Origin: Basidiobolus meristosporus CBS 931.73
Lineage: Eukaryota; Fungi; Basidiobolomycota
Assembly (NCBI GenBank): GCA_002104905.1
Contig: MCFE01000252.1
Location: 1 to 64,000, forward strand
DNA length: 64,000 nucleotides
Direction of reading: 5' to 3'
Shown one piece after another: positions 36,950 to 48,926 of this stretch; within the stretch, counting starts at the first letter, position 1, and each line of letters starts with the position of its first letter. The notes under the pieces were generated by a model. It did not search any database. It was not told where the DNA came from and was given only the letters and a program-made list of their open reading frames with translations. A program made the translations under genes and the position numbers.

Positions 36950-39785
36950 CTCTGGGACACTACTGAGGTTAGGCCAGGAGTAAGGAAGTTTGTCAATTAC
37001 TACATCTTGGACAAAGATTCAACACTTATGGTTGCTTGCCTGGAGACTCCAAGACACAAATGATATGCTACTGGCCCACTCCTACAAACCTAACACAATC
37101 CCAGAGCTTTGTAGTAGCTTGTATTATCTCTAGGATCTGGATACCCAAATTTTCCAAAATTGCAGAATCAATTTGCTGACTGCAAAGAAAGAACACCCCA
37201 TTTGACTGGGGAGAGTACAAGAAGATGCAATGCAACCACTAAAAGAGACCCTAGAGGCTGCAGCAGCTCTATGACCCTTTCACTAACAGAACACTGAATG
37301 CCCACCTATATTGATGGCTGATGGAAGCCCCATAAAAGCTGGGGCTCTACTGGGCCACGACAATCAAGATAGCATCTGCTATGCCTGCAGGTATGAGAGT
37401 TACCTATTCTCTCCCAGAGATCAAAGGTACTCTCAGATTTAGAGAGAACTGCTGGGAGTTGTGAAGATGCTGGGGAAACTCAAGTAACAGCTCTACAGGA
37501 AACATGTTATCCTGGAGACAGTAACCCAGTCACTTATATAAGTGATAAATATGCCTAACCTATCTGATGATGCTACTAAGCAATGGATGGCATGGTTGAA
37601 GATGTTTGACTTTGAGATCAGATGTATCCCTGGCAAGAAAAATGTTGTAGCTGATGCACTATACAAAAGTTTTCCACAATTACTTGAGGACTTGGACCCC
37701 CACTTTCACAAGGTGATTGATGCAGAGGTATGACATATTGTCATAAAAGAACAAGAGAGAGCTACCTGGAGGCTGATCATTGAGTATCTAAGGACACTCA
37801 AGAGATATCGATGGATGGAACCTCATGAGCTCAGAAAACTCAGAAAGAAGGCACACTCTACAATCTCAAGGGTGACCTCCTCTACAAGCAAGTGATGCTT
37901 GGACTTACATCAAGAAGAGTTGTCACTACTCCACAAGAGCAGCTGAGCATCATGACAAACATCCCCCAAGGAGAGCCAGGGGGACATAGTGGCTGAGAGG
38001 CTACCTACAATGCCACAGCTCAGAGGTACTAGTGGAATAACATGTACTATGATATTCAACACTTTGTTGAGTCATGTGTAGCCTGCCAGAAGAGATCCTC
38101 CAAGTGTTATGAAGAACCACTGCATCCTACTTACACAATCTGTCAATGGCAAAAGGTTGGCATTGGCCTTATTCACTAGCCAACAGCTGGGTCAAAGATG
38201 TACCTGATTGTTGCTAAGTGTTTAGGAGAGCCACTGCATCCTACTTACACAATCTGCCTATGGCAAAAGGTTGGCATTGGACTTATTCACTTGCCAACAG
38301 CTGGGTCAAAGATGTACCTGATTGTTGCTAGTGGTTACCTTATTGGGTGGGCAAAGGCTTGAGCCTTGCCCAACAGCAAGAGTTATATCATATGGAGATT
38401 TATAATTGAAGATGTTTTCTGTAGATTTGCCTGTATCCAGCATGATCCAAGAGTTGTGCTCAAAGTATAAGACACTCATTGCTGTTACTACAACTTTCCA
38501 CCCTCATGCCAATGGAGTGACAGATAGAGGACATAGGTCACTGGTGAATTTTCTAGCCCAGAGCTGTGAGAATGATACTTTACAATGGCCACAAAAGTTA
38601 CATCTTGCACTTTGCGCATATAGAGTTACTACCAAGAGAACAACTGGACAATGCCATTTACACTACTATAGACACTGTCATGTGGGACTCACTTGAATGG
38701 ACATTCAATATGCAAACTGAAGACCACTTTACAACATGCATAGAGCAACTTGATCACCATGATTTAATTATTAACTAATCTGCTGAACAATTTAAGGAGA
38801 TGTGACCAAGAACAAGGCACCCTTTGACAAGGGGCACTCAACAAGACCCATCCAACTTTCACTAGGAGACCCAATACTCTGCTATGATTCAACTATGAAC
38901 AAACAATGTGATTGGAAATGCAAGCTACTACACACCCAAGCTTAACAACACCCAACTAAGAGCTCAAGTTGCAGGTAACCAACTTATGTTATCAATGCAT
39001 AGGAATTATGAACATCTAGATTAGAGTACTTTGACCCAAGCTCAAAGCTGACAGGGGGGTGGATGAAGAGAGGTTACAATGACACCCACTGACAGATGTG
39101 CTCCTTCTCATATTTTCTACTTCCTTACTCCTCTACTACCCAAGTTTTGGATTTATCCCATTTGTCTTATTGAATCAATAATATCCCATAAGCTGGCTAA
39201 CTATAGTACCTGACTACTTATTGTACAGGCTGCACCTCACTATATGTAAGGTTTCTAGATGTAAATGCTTCTTTATCCAGCAAGAACCTGCACCAGTATG
39301 CATGACATATGATCAAGCCATGTAACCATCCCTACATATTCATTCCATTTAGGGTATCCCTATGTTATACTGGTCTCAAAATACTGATCCCTTATTGTTT
39401 AAATCTGCTGTGCCACTTAGAACCTCCCAGTGTCTACTTTGAACATTCTTTGCTCATTCTGATGTTGCTAAGATCTCCATTGATCTCCACAACCTTCTGG
39501 AGCACCATGATCAGTAATCACTTAGCCAGCTAGTACATTGTCATCTCAACAAATGCTGAGCTCAGCACATACTTTTGTTAAGATGCCAACTAAGTTGAGG
39601 ACTGTAGCTCAATAGTATTCACTTGAAAAGCTTGTGGCTATATTCCCTCTCACATCCAAGTAGATACAGGACCCAAGTATTCCCAGCAAGCTTTTGCCAG
39701 AGGTTATTGCCCCCAGTAAGCACCCTACAAACATAACACTCAAGAAGTGCTGGACATATCTCCCTTGAACCTATACACCATCACA
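36950..39785 (+). mobile_element. Decayed gypsy pol (RT C-terminus, RNase H, integrase) + PPT + LTR-C; likely relative of the autonomous partner of the Gag-PR element
   Basis: 'WMAWLKMFDFEIRCIPGKKNVVADAL', 'TTFHPHANGVTDRGH'; PPT GGGGGGTGGA at ~39054-39063; LTR-C 39064-39785. Confidence 0.8.
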
Positions 39786-39849
39786 GCAATGGCACACATC
39801 AATCTAATCAACACCAACATACTTCACAGGAGTGCCATGTGTCAAGTCA

Positions 39850-42800
39850 ACATGCATTGGGGCAATGCCTGTGGTTGAGAGCAAAATACAAAAACCTGAC
39901 AGCCTGTGCAATTGGACCTCTATGAAAAATAATTTGATCCTGCAGGTGGATCAGATCTGGATAAGCCATCAGGATCCCATTTAGAGACCATCATAACACC
40001 AGCAGCTTGGAATCAGTGATCCTCTTAACAATCTTATGACAGGATTACAATGGTGTTTTGCTAATTTTACTTCCAAATGAAGTTATAAAACTTGACAAGA
40101 CTTGATTGGAGATGTGGCAATAATTGCATGGTATTGTTGTGGTTTTGTTGTGCTCTACAACTATTTTAAATGGATGCAACTAGCCAGGACATCAAGTGGC
40201 CTTATAAGGCAAAATATTTGACAGTATTTCTACAGCCTCACAGCAAGATTCTGATGGCATTATAATGCCAGTATGGTAGCCAACAGCTAGTTCTGTATAA
40301 TGCTACAATACCAATTTACCAAGTAGTATTTCCTTTTTCTACCTACCCTGGAGCAATTCATATAGTGCTCTGTAGAATCACCCCTCTTTATTTGCTTATC
40401 CACTACTACCTGAGGTAATTCTTGTTTGTGTGAATTCTTTATTGAATAGTGTAGAAATTGGCTTGTGACCAAGAGAAGTCAGGCATAACTTGGTAAAGCT
40501 CTCCTAATAAATATTTGTTGCTTGTTGCACTCAACCCAACTTTGCATTACTGGACTGAATATCTATGCATTGGGGCTGCTTAGCTTCCTAATGCCATAGG
40601 CATAGGTGTCTCCATGTGCACATTTGTCCTCAGTATTTTCCAACTCTTCCAGGCTGTCCTCCATATGCCAACTCATCACATCCATGATGGACTTTAGGGA
40701 AAAATTCTTGAAGAGATTGGGATATGGTAGTACCTGCAACTTGACTGATCTTCCTATCTCCCCACACTTCCAATCCATAGGAAACTCCTAGAAGGTGAAG
40801 TAAGGCCCAATATTCTCCACACACTGTACAAGATAGAATAGTGAATAGATACAGTAGTGGCAGAGATTTACATGCTCAGCTTTATGTTTGTAGTATAGCC
40901 ACTCAAATCCCAACACAAACTCCTTGCACAACAGCTGAAGATGTGTTAAGTTGGCATTGGAGATCCACCTCTGGACAAATACTCCTATAATGTCCACATA
41001 TAGCTCCCAATACTTCCAGTGTACTCTTGGTAGGAATGGCTTCAGAAAGCCACTTGAATAAACACACATCCTGCTGATCCAGTCTTTGCAGTTGCATTGC
41101 CACATATGCATATGAATATTGATTGGAGCCCATGAGAAGTACTTAGCAAAGTGGATACTCTACAATATCTTGCCAATTATTTCAAATTTCTCTGGTATCT
41201 CAAAGGGCTCATTTTGCTTCAGATGCTCCATGTACAACTTGGTGATCACTAGAGGGATATTGTTGAAAAGCAAACACATCACTCCCAGTGCAAAGCTCTT
41301 GCTCCAACAGATACCCTCCATCTTAAGTATCTCTGATTTCCAATTTCCTCTATATTCTGGCCAATGGCTTATAGCTTGCCAGCTTTGCTGCAACTGCATG
41401 CTGACTTCTGTACATTCTCTCTGTGTGAAGATGATGTTCTTAGTGTATTGGTGATCCACTTCTGGAAAGTATTCCTTCAATGTCCACATATGACACAAGT
41501 TCTTCCTATGTACTCTTGGTAGAAATGGCTTCAGAAAGCCTCTTGAATAGACACATATCTAGCTAATCCAGTTCTTGTGCTTGTATTGTTAGATATGCAT
41601 ATGAATGTTGATTGGAGCCTATGAGAAATACTTAGGGTAGCAGATACTTTGTATTACCTTGCCAATTCATTCAAATATCTCCAGTATCTCTAAGGGTGCA
41701 TTCAGCTTGGAATGCATGATGTACAACTTGGTCATCAGCATAGGGAAATTGTTGAAGTGGAGATGCATTGTTCCAGTGGAAAGCTTTTGCTCTTACAGAT
41801 ACCCTATTTCTTAAGTATCTCTGGTTTCTGATTCACTCCATAGTCCAGCTAATAGCTTATAGCTTGCCAACTTTTTTGCAATTGCATGCTGACTTTTATG
41901 GTCACTTTGCAGGAAGATGATGCTCTGAGTGTTAGTGTTAGGGTATTGATAATGTGTGTGAGTTATGGAGTAAATCCCCTGGATCTCACACATTCAACAG
42001 CAATACTGTTGATTGTGCCCCAAAAAACCTGCTATCTTGCTGATGGCTGTGATATCTCCAATGTAGATAGTAATATGAGCTTTTACATGTTAGCCATTTA
42101 CTGTAATCCTGCTCAAAAGCATACAAAATTCATCCAGAAATGGATACAGGTGGCTATCCAGGTTAGATGGTGATTTAGGCCCAGAAACCAGTGAGATTAC
42201 TGTCAGATTATTGCTCTGATTCTGTAAGATGGGTGGCACATTCCAATTGATGAGAATCAGTGGCTAGCAGGATTTGCTGGTAGAGTACTTCTTTGATGAG
42301 AATCCATCAAGTGCTAAGGCAAAGGCATGGTCATGCATACCTTCAAAGTTGCCCTTGCTGCTTAGCTGCTTGTACTGTTTGCCATCAAATATATTGAATA
42401 TGTATGTGCTTGATTGATACTGAGTGTGGTACCATATAGCTTTGCAATATTTGTTGGACTGCATTAGCTTCCTCAGACAGGGTATGCTTGGGAATATATC
42501 TGGAGTGTGAATGATGTTTTCCCTCAATGGTGGTGGATTCCTACAATTTAGACATGTTGCAATGGTAGCATTTTTGGATGTGAATGCCATGCGGTTGTTG
42601 ACACATGCTGGAATCAGGACAGTCTCTGAATCTTATGTTGCCTGCTGCATGATAGTCGTTTGCTTGTACCATATACATGGTAAGTTACATCCTGGAATGA
42701 TCTTGGCAAGAAGTAGTAAAAGTCCTTAAAGCCCCCATTACTGATATCAGTGGAAATGCACCACTTCTCTAGCCACATCATTACATCATTCACCAGCAGA

Positions 42801-44740
42801 TAGGTTACTGGGCTCACTTGGCTCCACAAAGTATCCTTGGGATTTGTTTCAACAGGTGCTGTCTCATTGCATATTGGGATTTGACTGGGCTTATACATGG
42901 TACTGCTGATAGGAGAGATAAGCTCACAATCCATTATTAAACCTTCTTTGTTTGTGCTATCACTCTGCATGCCATATTCAGAAGTCTGAGGTGAGCCTAA
43001 AGGTGTCACAAACTTACCTGACTCAGTTTGCATATAGTGGCAAAGATGGCCAGGTGCTGATATAGAAGTATCAACTGGCTTGCAAGATAATATTGGAACA
43101 GTAGTGACTGATATATGGTGAACTATGACTTGTGTGGCAAAACACTGGCCATGATCCTTGTAATACTTCCTATGCTGTCTGCATGCTTCACAACTGAGAG
43201 GCTTGCTACAATAGCCACATGATCTTTTTTCTCTTCTCTTATGGTGTTGAACCAAAGTAGACTTGTTGATGGGGCAAACAGATTGACATTCAACAGTGCA
43301 ATGCTATCATATCACTTTTTAGTCAATACTCATGTGAATTCATGACAGTCTTGTACTTATGATGTTGCACCTACATGAATATACAATTCAATGATGACCT
43401 GCCATAGTAAGCAATAACACAGTTGTGGCACCACATACACACATATGTGTAAACTATTTCCCCTTTGGTTTGACTCACTCCAGTATATATGCCACCAAAA
43501 AATAAAGTAAAGTCTTCTGGTTCCCAACTAAACCCTACTGCTGATGGCAGCAGAAGTATGGTTGGACAACAGCTTGCTTTGACATTCAGTGCAACCAGCA
43601 GGGCTACATCCAAAAAGGCCATGTTAACTGTGTGCTCACTGAAGGTAATAATGTGGACTCCTCAGGCTCTCAGTCAAGTAGGCAATTGATAACATCAGCT
43701 GAGCCCCTAGCTGACCATTATGCTCATGTAGATGAGAATGTAGCAAAGGCAGTACCCACAGTTGAAGACCAGCCAGTAGCCATAATAGCATCAGCACAGC
43801 CCATATTTGCAAGTATGCTGTCAGCTCACACCAAAGCATTAATGAAGCAATTAGGTGCAGTGGCTTTTAGGATAGATGCAATGGTCCAGAAAAATTAGGA
43901 AATAGTCCAGAAACAGGTTGAACAAATAATATGTGTAGAGCAATCAATATCCCAGGTAGAGAAAGCAGTATCTTTGCTGCAAAGAAAGGACTTAAGTAGC
44001 TCAATGTCACAGCCAAGAACTGCAACATTTCCCAATGTAACAGCAGAAGAACACTGTACAGTCTCTGAAGCACAACAATGGTGCCTAAAGATAAAGCCCA
44101 CAGAAATATCTATCACAGTATGGGAGGGAGACAATGTGGTGCTTATACCGAAGCCTAATAATCAAAAGACATTGAAGATCTGTGAAGCCATTGAGTGCAA
44201 TAGTGATTAGTGGACTATTATTCAAGAGGCTGTCAGAAGTCTGGCACACCATCACCTTAAGGCCAGCATACCATTGCACCATCAGGAACTCAAGGCCAAG
44301 CAGAATGCACTTGACGTGTTCCATGAGCATTATCCTGAACTCAGATGGGCAAATAGATTTTGGGCTAGCATTGGAATGCTAAGAAAGTATTTTAAGAACA
44401 GCAGAAACTATCAAAGGCAGAAGAACAAGGATGCCATGGCTGAAAAACAGTGGCTTCCTCAAGAGCCCATTGCAACTACAGTTGAGGGCTCAAAATACAT
44501 AGAAAAGCAATGTCAGGTTGCCAGGAGAGTGCCAGCAAGTGACATGCAGGCCAAAACAGATGTGTCAGTGCTGAATGTAGCAAGGAGAAAGTGCAGTTCA
44601 TCACAAGAAGCACTCAGACAAGGTAGCAGTGAAAGACCTGGCAGTGATAAAGGAAAAGAAAAGGGAAAAATGTCTACCCAAGCCAGAGACAGGGAGGCAT
44701 GCAATAAAACTGCAGTTCTTGCCAATTAACACTGCAAGCA
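39850..44740. mobile_element. CACTA copy E, the most complete: transposase on minus (~40400-43400) and divergent accessory ORF on plus (~43490-44740)
   Basis: 'FNIFDGKQYKQL...LALDGF', 'HWKYWELYVDIIGVFVQRWIS', 'LVQCVENIGPYFTF', 'MDWKCGEIGRSVK'. Confidence 0.82.
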
Positions 44741-44749
44741 AAAAAGTAT

Positions 44750-46250
44750 TTTACCTCTTGAAGTTCACATTTCAATTCCTCAAGGTATTCACTTATACTC
44801 TGTCTGATACTTTGGAATTGTTGCCTTGTTGGGTCCAGTATACACTACTTGTGGAAGCCACTTAGCACCACCAATATATTACTTAGTACATGAGTCACTT
44901 GAGGCACAAACTCATTCAGAAACTCTTTGGTTCCCAGTGTTGAGGCACAAACAGACACATCCAGCCCATACTGTGTGAATTGCATGCATGTGGTTTCCAC
45001 ATTATATCCTCACACTCTCAGCTCATTCTTGATTTCAATACCTGTCTTTTCTGTTTCTTTGCACATACATCTGCTGTCATCTTGACATACAACTCATGCC
45101 ACATCTTTCTACTCCAGTTCTTCCATCTCTGCTGACTCTCTGAGGCATCCAGTTTTGCTAGACTAATGAGTAATGGCCAAATATTTGTATGAAGGCCCAT
45201 CATAGACACTTGGGCCATACTAAAATCATTTGAAAGAACTCAAATGGATGCAACATCAACTTCTTTAGTCTGGACCACTTGTGTGCACTGGAGGAAGGAT
45301 TTTGTCTGGGTTGTACTAAGTATGAGTTGAGACTTGGTATTGAGATTAAGTTACATAAATTATCCTCAGACAATGACTTGGTGACTTTATTAGTGATTTA
45401 ATCACAACTCTATAATCAATTAGAGAATATGCAACTGATGTGATCTGATCCATGTTAATATAATCTAAGATAAATTATGCATAATGTATGGAAAAATCAA
45501 CAATCACATTTGCTTTTATATATATTTCAAAGACCAAGCAGATGCCAGTATTATACTATATAAGTATCCAAATCCTTCATCATGGTCCCTATATCAAGTT
45601 TCAACTCATCTTTGGTACAACCCAGACAAAATACATCCGCTGGTGCACATAAGTGGTCCAGACTAAAGAAGTCAATGTTGGATCCATTTGAGTGCTTGCT
45701 CACAGGCATGGTCTGGATCAGAAAAGTCAATATTGGGTTTGTTGGGGCTGTTACCAAATGGTTTTAGTATGGCCTAACTGTCTATGATGAGCATTCATAC
45801 AGATATTTGGGCACTACTCATTAATCAAGTACAACTGGATAACTCAGAGTGCTGACATAGATGGAAGAATCAGAATAGAAAGCTGCAGCATGAGTTCTAC
45901 ATTGAGATGCCAGCATATGTATGTAAGAACATATATAACAAGACAAGTACTGAAATCAAGAATCAGCCAAGAGTGTGGGGATTTAATGAGGAAACTGTGC
46001 AAAAAATATACGCACAATTTGCACAGTTTGGGTCAGACATTTCTGTTTGTGCCTCAACTTTGGGAATCAAAGAGATTTTGCATGAGTTTATTCCTCAAAT
46101 GACTGACATACCACATGATATATTAGTGGAGCTAAGTGGCTTCCACAGGCAGTATATACAGGACTCATCAAGGCAACAGTTCAAAGTATCAGACAGAGGG
46201 TAAGTGAATACCTTGAGGAATCAGAAGGTAAGCTTCAAGAGGAAATATAC
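44750..46250. repeat. Inverted pair (~600-bp arms, ~245-bp spacer) of a degenerate unknown ORF
   Basis: 44750-45345 is the reverse complement of ~45590-46250; both arms translate to homologous peptides (EIKN..RV.G.N.ET...VCASTLG.KE.L.EF.PQ.T). Confidence 0.8.
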
Positions 46251-48856
46251 AGACTGCTAGCAACTGCATCTAGATTGTGCCAGCCTGCCTTGCTAAATTC
46301 CCTACAGTCACTTGCAATGCCAGTGCACCAGCGCATGTCAGTTTGACTTACATAAACACCTTTCACAAGAGCACCCTGCATTGAGTCAACAACTGTGCTT
46401 CAAAGCAAGACTACCATAACTTGTCATACTGCTCATTAGACATGAGTCCATTGGAGCAGGCCAAGTTGCGTCAACATGTAGCATTCCATTAAGCTCAGCC
46501 AAGGGCCTTACCAACACATCAAGTTGCACCTGCACCTGGCATTACACCTGATCATCAGCAAGAGACTTCTGTTAACTGACTGGCAATGTCCTACTTGAAG
46601 TGACTCCACCACTAGGACCTTTGGCAAGTGGAAGAACAAATCAGGATGTGGCATTTTAGGCTGGTTCTGTAACATCATCTTGAACAATTCAGCATTGCCA
46701 AGCTCCAGCACTGCACTCATCAACTAGGAGGCAAAATACTGACTACAAGTACACAAGTGGCCAAGATGATAGTCAATCAGGAATTAGTTCAGGTGTGCAA
46801 AGTGATTCATTACCAAATGCTTCAGTATTAATCCCTGTGAGAAAAAAACATAGGAGAAAACAATTTCATTGAATTGCTATCATTTGTTGTGATCTGAACA
46901 ACTCATTTGTTTTTGCAATCCAAATCAAGCCATCCTAAATCAGTTATCATTTAGTTTTTGATATGAGTAATATCAAGATTGTCTCCCACTTGGACTAAAC
47001 CCCTATAAATAAACACCCTGCATAAATATACACTATCTGTAGCACCAGTGCAGCTATTTCATCTGTCTTGCACTTACTCAATTGGTTGTGTGCTGGCTAT
47101 GATACCTAGGCAATCACTAAATTCAGGCATTTACTTGCATAATGGGTAAAGTGGGATATCTGATAATAAATCAGGTAGCTTGTGTATTAGTCAATGAGTC
47201 AATTGGGGTCTTGTAGCTTCAGGATACTTTAGGACCAACTAATCACTGACATACTGTCTAATTAGAGTGATGGTAGCCAAAATGGTAAGTATCAGTGTAG
47301 TTTACAGTGTGGTACACATTTATTTCCATTTACATTAAAGAAACATATCCAAATACCAGATTTTACTTACCATAGTAGTGGCATCCAATTACACATGTGA
47401 GGCAAACATTACATGTTGGTGCAATCATTGGTGCCAAACATTTGTATCAGATTCTGCCATAGTATGCAGAACTGCCCCACATGCAATGTGTTGTGGTAGT
47501 GCAGAGTCAATGTGTCACGTCTGTTCATCCTTGCTTGTAGTCATATTTAGTCAAGATATAAATAGTATGTTTTTGGTGGTTGCTGCATTTCTGCTGATTT
47601 TCTCTCTTTTTGAAGCACTGGCTAGATGTGTCCTCACCATTAGCAGTATTGGCAAGAAAGGTTGTTATTACACTTAACAGGTTGTGAGTATCCTTTTGGT
47701 GGTGATCAATGCTTATTAAAGAATTTTTTTCCCTCTCATTGGTGCTTGATTTTCTCATTACAAATCCAGGGGCCTTCCATATGTGTATTATAGTGTTGAA
47801 TCTTCAGCTCTGGACACTATGACTTATAAAAGACAATGAGACCTGTCTATTAAGCTATTCAGGAGGACAACTAATGTGTATTCAGCACTATTTTGTATGC
47901 CCATAATCAACAAAGTATTTCAGTTGATTAGATCTTATATGTTCTCATGTGAGCAACTTTACTAGTAGAGAAGCTTTGTCTAAGGTACATATTCCTAGCT
48001 GCTGAGCCCAATTGGTAGGTGTCCTCTAGTACCTGTCAGGCATTGCGTTGTGGTAGGGTAAACATACCTCCCACAGACAAGTTTATTCATATAGTCATTA
48101 TGATATACTTATCCATATTTTATCTTATCAGTATTATCCCATTCTTCTTCTGCCCATATTATCAGTATTATCCCCATATGATGTTTACCCTGATTAGTTA
48201 TTAGCATTAGTTATCCCAGATGTTATTCAGCTTTGTGATCAGTAGATGTATCTATATAAGGCAAGTACCCGCGTCAGTACCCGTGACACATGACCTAGGT
48301 CTGTGTTACCATCCCTACCATTTCAATACCATATATGGTATTTCTATGTTGCACAGGTTTCAGATTACTGATTCCTGATTGGTTGAGAGTGCTGTGCCTT
48401 TTAGAACCTTCCAGGACATTCTTGGCATATTTTTAGCTCATAGTGATGTCATCAAGAATTCCACTGATACCTAGAATCTTCTAGAACCTTGTCATTAGTA
48501 ATCACTTGGCAATCAGGAAAAGTATTTAAGGGAAAGCAATCCCTCATCAATAAATCATCCCTTCTATCAGTAACACTTCTACCTTATTGATTAGCAGCTG
48601 ATCACTGCACCTGCCTTCAACAGTACATCTCAGACCTGCCATCAAGGAGCTTTTCAGGGTAGTGCACAAGACACACAGAGGCCTTTGGAGACACTTGGAG
48701 CACCTAGGAAGCTAGAGAAGCAGGAGCTTTTACCATAGTGACATATTGACAAAGACACCAGCAGTTTAGACACAGAGGTTATTGCACCCATCAGACACCT
48801 CACACACCTTGAGTTGTGTAGCTTCTCCCTGGAGTACCTCTACACCACCACATATT

Positions 48857-48873
48857 TGGCACCCAACGTGGGG
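48857..48873 (+). promoter_or_regulatory. Primer-binding site, tRNA-Lys(CUU)-type
   Basis: TGGCACCCAACGTGGGG differs by one CpG transition from the retroviral tRNA-Lys1,2 PBS TGGCGCCCAACGTGGGG. Confidence 0.8.
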
Positions 48874-48926
48874 GGTTTGACTGAACTGCCCCTAGAAGAC
48901 TTAAGAAAGAACAAATTATCAAGACC

